47,713 bases of DNA. Source: an uncultured bacterium. GTDB lineage: Bacteria > B130-G9. The stretch covers positions 1 through 47,713 of the forward strand of contig CBDVDH010000027.1 of the NCBI GenBank assembly GCA_965372715.1, read 5' to 3'. The position numbers were made by a program, and so were the translations under genes. The notes below the pieces were generated by a model, which made no database searches, was not told the origin of the DNA, and was given only the letters and a program-made list of their open reading frames with translations. This document shows, piece by piece, positions 19,768 to 29,841 of this stretch (position 1 is its first letter; the number at the start of each line of letters is the position of its first letter).

Positions 19768-20205
19768 ATGAGTATTTTTGACATTCTAGACGTTGGCAGT
19801 TCTGGTCTTGCGGCGCAGCGGATGAGGCAGGAGATAATCTCCTCGAACATCGCGAATGCCTCGACGACCCGGACCCCGGACGGCGGCCCCTACGTCCGAA
19901 AGGACGTTGTCTTCGAGACGGCGAACGTAACGTCCAAGTTCGGCGAGGTTCTTTCCGCGCTCACAGACAACGGCCTTCGAGGAGTTCAGGTATCCGAGAT
20001 ACTCCAGGATAATCAGCCGCCTCAGAGACGTTTCCAGCCGAATCATCCTGACGCGGATGCGGATGGCTACGTTCGCTATCCCAACGTCAACATAATAGCT
20101 GAGATGGTGAACATGGTGGAGGCGACGAGGTCTTATGAGGCCAATCTAACGATAATGAACGCATCGAAGTCGATGGCGTTGCGCGCGATAGAGCTGGGCA
20201 AGTGA
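19768..20205 (+). CDS. flgC: Flagellar basal-body rod protein FlgC
   Basis: SSNIANASTTRTPDGGPY, HPDADADGYVRYPNVN, RSYEAN. Confidence 0.97.
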   Translation: MSIFDILDVGSSGLAAQRMRQEIISSNIANASTTRTPDGGPYVRKDVVFETANVTSKFGEVLSALTDNGLRGVQVSEILQDNQPPQRRFQPNHPDADADGYVRYPNVNIIAEMVNMVEATRSYEANLTIMNASKSMALRAIELGK

Positions 20206-20219
20206 GAAGGAGTTAAGAG

Positions 20220-20528
20220 ATGGTTGACATGAAGATACAGCCGTTTGGGCCAAACGCTATTGATAAGGGCGAGAAGGGCGAGCAGAAACACCCCACTAAA
20301 ATTGGCGAGAGCACATTCGGCGATTTCCTCAAGCAATCGATCAAAGAAGTGAATCAGCTGCAAAACGAGGCGGACAATTCGATGACGAGTTTTGCGACGG
20401 GGCAAACAAAGGACATTCACGAGGTGATGATGTCCGTTCAAAAGGCCGACCTCAGCTTCAGGCTCATGCAGCAGATTCGCAACAAGTTGGTCGATGCTTA
20501 CAAAGAAATAATGCGAATGGGTGTTTGA
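20220..20528 (+). CDS. fliE: Flagellar hook-basal body protein FliE
   Basis: FGDFLK, DIHEVM, IRNKLVDAYKEIMRM. Confidence 0.96.
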   Translation: MVDMKIQPFGPNAIDKGEKGEQKHPTKIGESTFGDFLKQSIKEVNQLQNEADNSMTSFATGQTKDIHEVMMSVQKADLSFRLMQQIRNKLVDAYKEIMRMGV

Positions 20529-20559
20529 GGTTGTCTGATCAAATATCGGGGATGATTTG

Positions 20560-22314
20560 ATGGCGGAGTCAGTTCCAAGGATGGAAGAGAAGAGATCACC
20601 TACCGCGCTTCCGGGTGGTGCTTCCGGAGAAAGAAAAAGAGGATTTGTGGACCAGATGCGACTCATGGCTTCGAATCTGTCGCTGTGGCAGAAGGTCAGC
20701 CTGAGCGGGGTCACCGTGGCAATAGTGATGGGCATCATTCTGTTGGTATCTTGGAGCGGTCGGACTGAATACGATCTGCTGTTCGGCGATCTTGCGCCTG
20801 AGGATGCGTCGCTTATAGTCGAGCAGCTCAAGGAGCAGGAGATTCCATATAGGATTTCGGCTGGAGGGACTCGTCTTGAGGTTGAGCAGGGCAAGGCGAG
20901 GGATTTGCGTCTCTCGTTCGTAGGCCAGGGTCTTCCGAGCGGGGGCAGAGGTAAAGGGTTTGAGCTTTTTGACGAGCTCAAGCTCGGGGCCACGGATTTT
21001 GTGGAGAATCTCAATTACCGGCGTGCGTTGGAGGGCGAGTTGTCCCGGACAATCGTCAGGTTCAGGGAGGTTTCCCAAGCTCGGGTTCACCTCGTCATAC
21101 CGAAGCGCAGCCTTTATTGGGAGAAACAAGAGGAGCCAACGTCTTCGGTGTGGTTGAAGTTGAGAGGCGGCGCAGGACTTGACCGCGGTCAGGTGAAGGC
21201 GGTTGTTCATTTGGTTTCTGGCGCGGTCGAGGGGTTATCTACTAACAACATAACGGTGGTCGATTCGTTGGGCCACATCCTCACCGAGCCTGAGCAGCCG
21301 CAATCCAGCGGTTTGACGCAGGCACAGCTGACACTTCGCCGGGAGGCGGAGAAAGGGTTTGAGAGCAAGATCGTTTCACTGTTGAGCCCGATTGTTGGCC
21401 AGAATAAGGTCAGGGCGAGAGTCTCGGCCACGATGGACTTCAAGGAAGTGAGGCAGGAACAGGAGAGCTACGACCCTACCGAGCAAGTTCTGCGAAGCGA
21501 GCAGGACCTCACTGAGGAGTCAGGGATGCCGAACGCGGTCGGCGGTGTTCCTGGGACGCGGTCGAATCTTGGCGAAGGCCAGGTTAGCACGACGGGCAAA
21601 GAAGGCGACAACTACTTCAAGCGTGTTCAACGGACTCGGAACTATGAAGTGGGAAAGACCGTTCGCACGACTATTGAACACCCTGGGGAGATATTGCGGG
21701 TCTCTGCGGCCGTCATCCTGGACGATAAGACAGTGGTCAGTGAAGAGGATGGCGAGCTAAAGTATGAATATGAGGCTCTTCCGGCGGCCGTCGTGGCCAA
21801 ATGCACAGAGATCGTGAAGAAGGCGATCGGATTCTCCAAGGACCGGGGCGACACGGTAGTAGTTGAGAACCTGTCCTTCGATAGGCAAGAAGCTGGGGAG
21901 GAGCGGCTTGCAATGGCAGCCAGCGAGCGTGGGGCCTTGTGGAGCAAAGTGTTGGGCGCGGTCCGCACGCCTCTCATAATCATCTCACTCATGTTGGTCT
22001 TTGTCTTGATAATCAAGCCTCTTATGAAGGGCCTCGTAGTCCGGGAGGAACGACTTCTTGCGCCTCAAGCGGCGCTTGCAGGTGTTGCCGGAGAGGCTGG
22101 TGCTGAGGCTCTCCCGGGCGGCCAGGAGAGACCTGAGATGGCTCTCCACGGGAAGACGATTGAGGAGATAGAGGCAGAGATACTCGCCGTGGCGCCTCAT
22201 TCAGAACGTGTGAGCAAACGAGATGTTCTGGTCAAACGCGTCTCGCAGATTATCGAGTCAGACACGGAGAACTCGATCCTGCTGCTCAGAACTTGGCTGA
22301 CCGGCAGCAAGTAA
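20560..22314 (+). CDS. fliF: Flagellar MS-ring protein FliF
   Basis: GFELFD, RALEGELSRTI, ARVHLVIP, two TM segments, LLRTWL. Confidence 0.96.
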   Translation: MAESVPRMEEKRSPTALPGGASGERKRGFVDQMRLMASNLSLWQKVSLSGVTVAIVMGIILLVSWSGRTEYDLLFGDLAPEDASLIVEQLKEQEIPYRISAGGTRLEVEQGKARDLRLSFVGQGLPSGGRGKGFELFDELKLGATDFVENLNYRRALEGELSRTIVRFREVSQARVHLVIPKRSLYWEKQEEPTSSVWLKLRGGAGLDRGQVKAVVHLVSGAVEGLSTNNITVVDSLGHILTEPEQPQSSGLTQAQLTLRREAEKGFESKIVSLLSPIVGQNKVRARVSATMDFKEVRQEQESYDPTEQVLRSEQDLTEESGMPNAVGGVPGTRSNLGEGQVSTTGKEGDNYFKRVQRTRNYEVGKTVRTTIEHPGEILRVSAAVILDDKTVVSEEDGELKYEYEALPAAVVAKCTEIVKKAIGFSKDRGDTVVVENLSFDRQEAGEERLAMAASERGALWSKVLGAVRTPLIIISLMLVFVLIIKPLMKGLVVREERLLAPQAALAGVAGEAGAEALPGGQERPEMALHGKTIEEIEAEILAVAPHSERVSKRDVLVKRVSQIIESDTENSILLLRTWLTGSK

Positions 22315-22332
22315 CGGGAGGGAACTTTTCAG

Positions 22333-23340
22333 ATGGCTACGCAGATGTCAACGGGAGCGGCAAAAGTCGCCAAGTTGTTGGTTCTTTTGGGTGAAGAACC
22401 CACGACCAAGGTGTTCAAGAACCTCGAGTATGATGAGGTTCAGGAGATAACGAGGGAGATATCTCTCGCCAGTGCCATCGGCAAGGAAGAGGCCGAGGTG
22501 CTGCTGGAAGAGTTTTACCACATGTATGTGGCGCAGGAGTACATCTCCAAAGGCGGCATTGAGTACGCCAAGAAAGTTCTCTCCAACTCGATGCCTCCGG
22601 ACGAGGCCCGCCGGATCATAGATAGGCTTACAAAGTCTCTGAAGTCGACAAGCCGGTTTGCGACTCTTAGGAAGGTGGATCCGACACAGCTTTCCAAGAT
22701 AATCCAGAATGAGCATCCGCAGACGATAGCTCTCGTCATTGGGCATCTCGATCCATCGCAGGCGGCGGAGCTATTGTCCTCACTGCCAGAGGAGATGAGG
22801 TCAGATGTCGCGCTTCGGCTGGCGGCCCTTGAGGAGATCTCGCCGGATGTGCTCTCGCGGATCGCCTCGGTCTTGGACGAGAAGCTCGAGTCGCTTTCGG
22901 GTCTTCAGACAGAGGAGGTCGGCGGCGTGCGGATGGTTGCAGAGATACTCAACCGAATGGACAGGAGCACGAGTCGGGGAGTGCTTGAGCTCATCGAGAG
23001 CAACAACCCCGAGCTAGCGGCATCGATTCGGGACCTCATGTTCGTTTTCGACGACATCCTGCTCTTGGACGACATGGGCATCCGTGAGATCCTCAAGAAT
23101 GTCGATAGGAAGGTCCTGACAATGGCTCTTAAGGGCACAACCGAGGAGATGAAGGAGAAGTTCATGCGGAATATGTCAGAGCGCGCTCAGCAGCTTTTGG
23201 TCGAGGAAATGGAATATCTCGGTCCGGTTCGGTTGAAAGATGTCGAGACCGCGCAGCGTGAGATGGTTGAGATAGTTCGTGGTCTTGAAGAGGAGCAGGT
23301 AATCCAGCTCGGCGGCGGAGGCGAGGAGCTCGTTGTCTAA
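22333..23340 (+). CDS. fliG: Flagellar motor switch protein FliG
   Basis: GGIEYAKKVL, EHPQTIAL, MFVFDD, NMSERA, GPVRLKDVE. Confidence 0.97.
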   Translation: MATQMSTGAAKVAKLLVLLGEEPTTKVFKNLEYDEVQEITREISLASAIGKEEAEVLLEEFYHMYVAQEYISKGGIEYAKKVLSNSMPPDEARRIIDRLTKSLKSTSRFATLRKVDPTQLSKIIQNEHPQTIALVIGHLDPSQAAELLSSLPEEMRSDVALRLAALEEISPDVLSRIASVLDEKLESLSGLQTEEVGGVRMVAEILNRMDRSTSRGVLELIESNNPELAASIRDLMFVFDDILLLDDMGIREILKNVDRKVLTMALKGTTEEMKEKFMRNMSERAQQLLVEEMEYLGPVRLKDVETAQREMVEIVRGLEEEQVIQLGGGGEELVV

Positions 23341-24202
23341 TCTGGTTAAATGCCGTCAGGCTTCAGGCGCTAATTGCGTTGCTCTGGACCTCGAGAGGTT
23401 CGTGGTTCCGACGAGAGATTATGTCGGAGACCCTGAACTGTCGATCATGGGACACGCTGAGGCGGCGGTAGAGGGCCCAGTCGCCGAGAACATCGGGCCA
23501 AATGGCGCCGAGAATACTATCCGGGCAGCAGAGGCCGAGGCCGAGGCAATCCTAAACGAGGCCCGGGCGCGGGCGTCCGAGGTCCTGAACGAGGCCAAGG
23601 AGCAAGGCCTCCGCCTGGGCAAGGAAGAAGGCGCTCAGGAAGCGAGAGACGAAGCTCTGAACGCGGCAAAGGCCGACGTTGCCTCGGCGGTCAGCGCGTT
23701 ACGGAACGCCACTTCTGAGCTGGGTTCAGTTCGCGAGAAGGCTCTCAAGGACAACGATACCGAGATGCTCGGCCTGGTTCTGGGCGTCACGAGGTTGGTC
23801 CTTTCACGGGAGATCAAGACAGACAAGGCGCTTATCCTTCAGCAGATCAGGCGTGCAGCGGAGATACTTGGCGAAGCGGACGAGGTGATTGTCAAGTTGC
23901 ATCCGCTAGACCTCAAGGTTGCACAGAGAAACGTGGACGATCTCGTCCCGGAGGGGAAATCGATGAAACTCTCGATGGTGGCTGACAAGAGTGTTGAGCA
24001 GGGCGGTTGCTTGCTGGAATGCGACAGGGGCAAGGTCGATGCGCGTATCTCGACCCAGCTCGAAAGGATAGAGGCCGCGTTTGACGAGGTGATCGAGCAG
24101 ACTGCTTCGGCTGAGGAAGAGGCGCCGACCGAGTTCGCCGCGCGGCGAATTGAGGAGGCGGACTTGTCCGCCATAGCTTCAGCGGAGGTGGACGGTGCTT
24201 AA
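23333..24202 (+). CDS. fliH: Flagellar export protein FliH
   Basis: AxxxG(xxxG) repeat, LHPLD, GGCLLECDRGKVDA; position between fliG and fliI. Confidence 0.92.
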   Translation: MSNLVKCRQASGANCVALDLERFVVPTRDYVGDPELSIMGHAEAAVEGPVAENIGPNGAENTIRAAEAEAEAILNEARARASEVLNEAKEQGLRLGKEEGAQEARDEALNAAKADVASAVSALRNATSELGSVREKALKDNDTEMLGLVLGVTRLVLSREIKTDKALILQQIRRAAEILGEADEVIVKLHPLDLKVAQRNVDDLVPEGKSMKLSMVADKSVEQGGCLLECDRGKVDARISTQLERIEAAFDEVIEQTASAEEEAPTEFAARRIEEADLSAIASAEVDGA

Positions 24203-25517
24203 TTCGCGGCTTTTGCTCGAGAAGGCTTGTCGCGTTGGGTCTTTAGATGTATCGGGTCTTGTGGAGAAGGTCGCAGGGCTGGTAGTCGAATCCAAAGGTC
24301 CACCGGCGGCGGTTGGGGACCTTTGTGTTATTCGGTCAGCACGTGGCGACGTGATGACGGAGGTCGTGGGCCTTAGGGAGAAGAAGGTCCTTTCAATGGC
24401 CCTTGAGGACATGAGCGGCGTAAAGACGGGCGCCAAGATAGAGCTGCTTGGGGAGCGCGGGGGTGTGCCGGTCGGTTTTGGTCTAATGGGGCGAGTTCTG
24501 AACGGCAAGTGCGAGCCAATTGATGACAAAGGGCCGATAGACGGCGCAGGTGACGTGTTTCCGCTGAGGCGACAGGGGCTCGAGCCGCTCAAGCGAGGCG
24601 GGATAATTGAACCAATAGCAACTGGTATCAGGTCAATTGATTCCCTCGCTACGGTCGGGAAAGGCCAGCGGATGGGTATCTTCTCCGGAAGCGGCGTCGG
24701 TAAGAGCCTCTTGCTGGGCATGATCGCCAGAAACACCAGCGCGGATGTGAATGTCCTTGCGCTCGTGGGCGAGCGTGGCCGTGAGGTTCGCGAGTTTTTG
24801 GAGCGCGATTTGGGCGAAGAGGGTCTGAAGCGAACGGTAGCATACGTCTCCACTTCAGATACTCCTGCGCCTCTTAAGATGCGGGCCGCGTTTGCCGCGA
24901 CGAGCGCTGCGGAGTTCTTCCGGGACCTGGGCCTTGACGTGATGCTGATGATGGACTCAGTAACGCGACTTGCGATGGCACAGCGCGAGATTGGCCTTTC
25001 GGCGGGTGAGCCGCCGTCAACGCGGGGCTACCCGCCCTCGGTATTCGGAATGCTTCCCATGCTCTTTGAGCGCGCCGGCAAGAGAGAGGGCAAAGGAAGC
25101 ATCACTGGCCTTTATACGATCCTCGTGGAGGGCGACGATCTCGACGAGCCGGTCTCCGATCATTGCCGCTCGATCCTTGACGGACACATCGTTCTGTCCA
25201 GGAAGCTCGCCAACCGGGGGCATTATCCGGCGGTGGATGTTTTGCTGTCTTGCAGTCGAGTGGCAGACAACGTAACGGCAGAAGACCACGCGGGCGCGGC
25301 ATCCGCTTTCAGAAGGGTCGTCGCGGTCTATCGTGACAACGAGGACCTGATCAACATCGGAGCCTACAAGAAGGGCAGCAACCCCCTGATCGATTATGCA
25401 ATTTCAAAGATGGGAGATTTCAACCAGTTCCTTCGTCAGGAAGCTGACGAGAAGGCCGAGTTTTCGGGAACAGTTGAGGCGCTGAGGCTTCTGGTTGCCG
25501 ATGCGCCGGATGAGTAG
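24195..25517 (+). CDS. fliI: Flagellar export ATPase FliI
   Basis: GSGVGKS, GERGREV, MDSVTRLAMAQREIGL, LDGHIVLSR. Confidence 0.97.
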   Translation: MLNSRLLLEKACRVGSLDVSGLVEKVAGLVVESKGPPAAVGDLCVIRSARGDVMTEVVGLREKKVLSMALEDMSGVKTGAKIELLGERGGVPVGFGLMGRVLNGKCEPIDDKGPIDGAGDVFPLRRQGLEPLKRGGIIEPIATGIRSIDSLATVGKGQRMGIFSGSGVGKSLLLGMIARNTSADVNVLALVGERGREVREFLERDLGEEGLKRTVAYVSTSDTPAPLKMRAAFAATSAAEFFRDLGLDVMLMMDSVTRLAMAQREIGLSAGEPPSTRGYPPSVFGMLPMLFERAGKREGKGSITGLYTILVEGDDLDEPVSDHCRSILDGHIVLSRKLANRGHYPAVDVLLSCSRVADNVTAEDHAGAASAFRRVVAVYRDNEDLINIGAYKKGSNPLIDYAISKMGDFNQFLRQEADEKAEFSGTVEALRLLVADAPDE

Positions 25518-25528
25518 GAGAACAGAGG

Positions 25529-25990
25529 ATGAGGGCGTTTAGATTCAGACTTGAAAGGGTTCTTCAATTGCGGCGTCAGATGGAGGAGGAGAAGCGTCGC
25601 GAGTTGAGCATAATGTTGTTCGACCTGAGGCAGCTCGAGGCGAAGCTGCATTCGTTGCAGCGGGACCTCGAGTCGTGCAAGACAGAGATGATGACCGATC
25701 TTGAGCAAGAGGAGCTCTCGATGGCTCGGATCGAGGTTTTCGCCTCGTATCTGAAGAGAATCACCTCTTCCATCGAAGAGCAGCGGGAGCTGATGACGGA
25801 GCTTCACAAGAAGATCGAGTCGAAAAAGAACGAGCTTTTGGAGGCTATCAAGGAACGTAAGGCCATGGAAAGCGTGAAGACGAGAAGGCGCGCTGAACAC
25901 GACAAGGAATGCGCTCGTGAGGAGATGAAATTCCTGGACGAGATAGCGGGAATTGCTCGGCTCACGCCGACTCAATTGGAGGGACATTAA
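25529..25990 (+). CDS. fliJ: Flagellar export protein FliJ
   Basis: FRFRLERVLQLR start, coiled coil, EMKFLDE end; follows fliI. Confidence 0.92.
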   Translation: MRAFRFRLERVLQLRRQMEEEKRRELSIMLFDLRQLEAKLHSLQRDLESCKTEMMTDLEQEELSMARIEVFASYLKRITSSIEEQRELMTELHKKIESKKNELLEAIKERKAMESVKTRRRAEHDKECAREEMKFLDEIAGIARLTPTQLEGH

Positions 25991-25994
25991 AACC

Positions 25995-26663
25995 ATGTCG
26001 ATTGGAAGGATGGTGAATTCAGCCGACGTAGCTCTGCGAGCTACTATGGCGAAGTCTGCCGTTTTCAGAAGCATAGAGCGCGGCAGCCATCGGAGTTCGT
26101 GGGCTGGTCTTTCACTTGGCGTGCTGCTGATTGTGCTCGTAGTCCTTTTGCTTCAGAGCGCAACTGTATGCAGTGGCCAGAACAGCATGGATAGCATCAA
26201 GAAATGGCTGCGCAAAAGCCCCAAGCCAACTGGGGCCAGGTATTCCTCTGACAAACGGGCAGTGGAGTCGATGCTTGAGGCGCTGCGGCTTCGGGAACAC
26301 GAACTCCTGAAAAAGGAGCAGGAGATTGAGGCGGAGCGCAAATCGCTTGAGGAGCTCCAGGAACGGCTGAAACAGCAGATGGCGTCAATCAAGGAGATGA
26401 AGGATGCAGTCGAGGGACTTCTCGAGAGAGCCGAGGCCCAGAAGCAGGAGCGCATCGACAGTCTAGTCTCTCTCTATGGGACCATGAACGCGCAGAAGGC
26501 AGCCTCGGCGCTGCTTGCGCTATTCAAAAAAGACCCGTCCCTTGTGGCGTTAGTATTTCGATTCTTAAACAAGAAACGAGCGGCAATCATCCTTGATGCA
26601 ATCACGGCGACTTCGCCAAGCATCGCGGCCGAGATAACGATGCGGATCGCCAGATATAGATAG
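25995..26663 (+). CDS. MotE/FlbB(YlxF)-like flagellar protein (TM, coiled coil, MgtE_N-like); start uncertain (25995 or 26046)
   Basis: TM segment, REHELLKKEQEI coiled coil, LVSLYGTMNAQKAA, KRAAIILDAI; position between fliJ and fliK. Confidence 0.75.
   Translation: MSIGRMVNSADVALRATMAKSAVFRSIERGSHRSSWAGLSLGVLLIVLVVLLLQSATVCSGQNSMDSIKKWLRKSPKPTGARYSSDKRAVESMLEALRLREHELLKKEQEIEAERKSLEELQERLKQQMASIKEMKDAVEGLLERAEAQKQERIDSLVSLYGTMNAQKAASALLALFKKDPSLVALVFRFLNKKRAAIILDAITATSPSIAAEITMRIARYR
26018..26060. repeat. Left arm of a 43-bp inverted repeat (pairs with 29842-29884)
   Basis: TTCAGCCGACGTAGCTCTGCGAGCTACTATGGCGAAGTCTGCC; reverse complement matches right arm 42/43. Confidence 0.9.
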
Positions 26664-26697
26664 GCCCAGATATAGATAGGCTCAGATCGCAAACAAG

Positions 26698-29600
26698 ATG
26701 GCGGCAATGAACAGCAGTCCTATTCTTACGCTGATTGGCGAGAAGGCCGCGGCGGCGAGGACCAGCAAGAAGAGCGACTCGCGCGTCCGCGGGTGCGGTC
26801 AGCCGCAATCCAGTTCTTTTTTGCATATTCTCAGAGCACGGCTCGCCAAGATGAGGGCGCTTCCCACACAGAAGCTGCGGCCGGCGTCACGTCCAGACCG
26901 GAAAGCTCATGGCAAGGGGAAGGCATCTACCCCAAATGAGGCCTCTGAGCATTCATCCGGGCAAGCGGACCTCGGCATTGGCCTTGTCTCGATGGCCGAG
27001 GGCGAGCCGTCAGGGGCCAGAACTCACGGGACGATACGTGAGGCGCGCGTTTGGCGGACGAGCGAGCAAAGCAGCAGTTCCGAGCGACTCTTTGGAGCCA
27101 GCCGGAAAGCGCGAAGGCACGACGTTATCAACCGTTCAAGGCTTAACAAGGCTCCGTGCAGGCTCACAAACAACCGTGCCTCGCTTGGTGTGTATTCGAC
27201 GCGCAGAGATTCCTCGCCTCGTCTGAGGAATGATGGATTGACAGCGGCTAGAGGCGCCGGGCGACGGGCGGAAGTGAAGATGACACGGCGTGCGTCGGTA
27301 GCTTCAACGAAGACCTGGGTCAAGAGACGTATGTCTCCCTTTCCAGGCGTGAACGCCTCCTCTGGCGATGTATCCACCCAGGGCCCGGACAAGGTCGTTC
27401 GAGCTTTCGGCACATTGGCCGCGAAGACGCAGGCTCGGGGGATGCGGGCGAACCAATCGTCGTCCGACGCAGCATCGCGGGCTAATCAAACTGAGAGACA
27501 AGACACGCAGCGTGTCTCAGCGGGCAAGATTGGCTCGCGCACGGCGCGCCAGGCATCTTATCATTTGGAGAATTCTTACCATTCCAGCCATAAACCCTTC
27601 CGACGGGCATCCGTTGGCATCCGGCGGCGCGTTCTCAGGAACGAGGGCCACACACAACCTCACTCGAGGCCCTCAGAACGCCGCCAGAATAGCTACATCC
27701 CGGCTAAGCTTAGTGCGGCCAGGCGCTGGCTACCCAGCAAAGCTTCTCGCTTCTGGGGCAGGAGTGAATCGCATCATCCCTCCTTCCGCGCTCTTGGTCA
27801 CCCACAAAGAGGCGACAGCAAGACGAGTGGTCTGGAGTCGTCTGGCCGCATCCCCTCCCTGTCGAAGGCGCTTCGAGCGAAGTTCGAGTTAGTCGGGACG
27901 CGACCGATGGATGAGGCCGGATCAAAAGGCCAACGGCCAACGGCCAACGGCCAACGGTCAACGGCCAACCGCCAACCGCCAACGGCCACCCGCCAACGGC
28001 CAGCCGCCAACGGCCCAAGTCCGAAGGCGGGAGTTGGAAGACCGCGGTCTAGAGTCCAGGTTCCGAGTTCTAAGTCAAAAGTTGTGGGTTCCAGGTTGCA
28101 GGCTTCGAGTCATGGTGTGGAGGCTGGAGGCTCTCGGACGAGCGGTCTGCGGGTTGGGGCTGGAGAACAGGCGAAGCTGGGCGACTCAGGGAGCCTGATC
28201 AAAGCGATATCCCGTGAGGCAAAGCCCAGGCGTCATCAACCGATTGTCAGGGATGAGAGGCCAGCCGAGGTGAAAGGAGACAAGCCTTCGTCGGTGCGTG
28301 CAACGCTGCACGGGAAGGGCGCCAAGAGCAGAGGGCCCGCAACAGTCAGGAGCCCCGCGATACATAAGTCATTTCTGTCGAAGCCCGGACTAGATGTTCT
28401 CTCGAATGGGCGTGACAACGTGGAAGCCATGAAGCTCGAGAGCAAGCACCCGCGCCGCTCAAGACCGGCCGAAAACGCTCGGCGGCAAGATGTGCCCCGG
28501 CGGCCAGGAGCACTTCAGGGCGATACGGCCGTAAAGCGGACGAGTTCCCGCAGCGATTCGAGCGTAGCAAAGGCCGATGTGAAGGGTCCAAGGCCATCTG
28601 GGGCAAAGAGGCACGCATTCAGGCCAACGGACTCGGCCGTCAAGAGGGAGGTCGCATCTTCTTTGACGAGGGAGCCGGACGCTAGGGTTGAAGGCCGGCC
28701 GGTTTCGAGCGACAAACCAAGAGCTCAACTGGCGCCTCGGAGGGCTGTATCCGAGGATGGCGGCACTCCGTCGAATGAGCGTCAGCCGGGTGTTGTCAAA
28801 ACCACCGCCGCTCGCGTCGAGACAGGCGGTAGGCACGAGACGAGCGCAAGAGCCGGGGCAGGTCTGAAGTTTGAGTCCAGCGCTCGGCCGGTGGATGATG
28901 CGCCTCATAGACCATCCCGGGCGGATGTCCAGACTCGAATGGCGCCTCGCAATGATTCACCCGGAACTCACAGCGATAGCAAGGCCGCCCAGACGCAGCC
29001 GGTCGCCCGCACGGAGGACAGCAGTAATCATTACATTAGTAAAGAGGAGTCGCTCAGCAGGACCGACCGGGAACATCGCAATCCGGTCAGGACATTGGAT
29101 GAGCCACCGAGATGGGCGAGAGCCGGGAAGGAAGGCTCTACGAAAAAAGCTGCGACGACAACGGCTCAGCCGGCCGAGCCGGTGAAGTCAAACGGTTCTG
29201 CGGGTGTTGTGAATACGAAAGCCGCATCGGGTTCCGCACTAAGCCACGGATTACGAGACGTGCTGCCGCTGAATGCTGGGATTGAGGGCGATGCGAGGGC
29301 CTCTTCAGTTCAGCAATGGCAGGAGATGTTTTGGGGTGTTCCTTCGGACTTGCCGGCAGACGACAGGTCACAAGGAAGGTTTCAAACCATTCTGACTTCG
29401 CCCAGGGCTCTGGTTTCCCAGGTTGCCGCCCGCATACGGAGATTGCACCAGTCGGCGAGGCAGGAGATGCGGATACGGTTGCATCCCCCGGAGTTGGGCG
29501 CGATGAGGATCAGGATTCGGGTGGCAAGCGATGGCGTGAAGGCCACGCTCATGGTTGAGCAGCCGCAGGCGCACGCCCTTTTGGAGAAGAATATGCCGGC

Positions 29601-29829
29601 GCTAATGCGCGCTCTTCAGGAGCAAGGCCTCAAGGTGGACTCGCTCTCTGTGGAGGTCAGTCACGGCTCCGACGAATTTGGGCTTTCGTCGCAGAGCGAC
29701 GGACAGGGCGGCGAGCGCGGGCGCGGAAGTCTCCGGTCAAGCCAGCCGTGGCGGGAGGTCGTTGACGAGACGATGTTGCCGGCTGCGGCGGAGCTTTCGG
29801 CATCGAGATTACTGGACGTAATTGCATAG
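26698..29829 (+). CDS. fliK: Flagellar hook-length control protein FliK (1043 aa, very long basic low-complexity N-region)
   Basis: C-terminal MRIRLHPPELGAMRIRI...LLEKNMPALMRALQEQGLKVDSLSV, ends LDVIA; precedes flgD. Confidence 0.9.
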   Translation: MAAMNSSPILTLIGEKAAAARTSKKSDSRVRGCGQPQSSSFLHILRARLAKMRALPTQKLRPASRPDRKAHGKGKASTPNEASEHSSGQADLGIGLVSMAEGEPSGARTHGTIREARVWRTSEQSSSSERLFGASRKARRHDVINRSRLNKAPCRLTNNRASLGVYSTRRDSSPRLRNDGLTAARGAGRRAEVKMTRRASVASTKTWVKRRMSPFPGVNASSGDVSTQGPDKVVRAFGTLAAKTQARGMRANQSSSDAASRANQTERQDTQRVSAGKIGSRTARQASYHLENSYHSSHKPFRRASVGIRRRVLRNEGHTQPHSRPSERRQNSYIPAKLSAARRWLPSKASRFWGRSESHHPSFRALGHPQRGDSKTSGLESSGRIPSLSKALRAKFELVGTRPMDEAGSKGQRPTANGQRSTANRQPPTATRQRPAANGPSPKAGVGRPRSRVQVPSSKSKVVGSRLQASSHGVEAGGSRTSGLRVGAGEQAKLGDSGSLIKAISREAKPRRHQPIVRDERPAEVKGDKPSSVRATLHGKGAKSRGPATVRSPAIHKSFLSKPGLDVLSNGRDNVEAMKLESKHPRRSRPAENARRQDVPRRPGALQGDTAVKRTSSRSDSSVAKADVKGPRPSGAKRHAFRPTDSAVKREVASSLTREPDARVEGRPVSSDKPRAQLAPRRAVSEDGGTPSNERQPGVVKTTAARVETGGRHETSARAGAGLKFESSARPVDDAPHRPSRADVQTRMAPRNDSPGTHSDSKAAQTQPVARTEDSSNHYISKEESLSRTDREHRNPVRTLDEPPRWARAGKEGSTKKAATTTAQPAEPVKSNGSAGVVNTKAASGSALSHGLRDVLPLNAGIEGDARASSVQQWQEMFWGVPSDLPADDRSQGRFQTILTSPRALVSQVAARIRRLHQSARQEMRIRLHPPELGAMRIRIRVASDGVKATLMVEQPQAHALLEKNMPALMRALQEQGLKVDSLSVEVSHGSDEFGLSSQSDGQGGERGRGSLRSSQPWREVVDETMLPAAAELSASRLLDVIA
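27928..28018 (+). repeat. Heptamer tandem repeat (G/C)GCCAAC, about 13 copies, inside fliK
   Basis: GGCCAAC x4, GGTCAAC, GGCCAAC, CGCCAAC x2, GGCCACC, CGCCAAC, GGCCAGC, CGCCAAC, GGCCCAA; looser period-7 tract continues to about 28140. Confidence 0.9.
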
Positions 29830-29841
29830 ATATTCAAGAAA

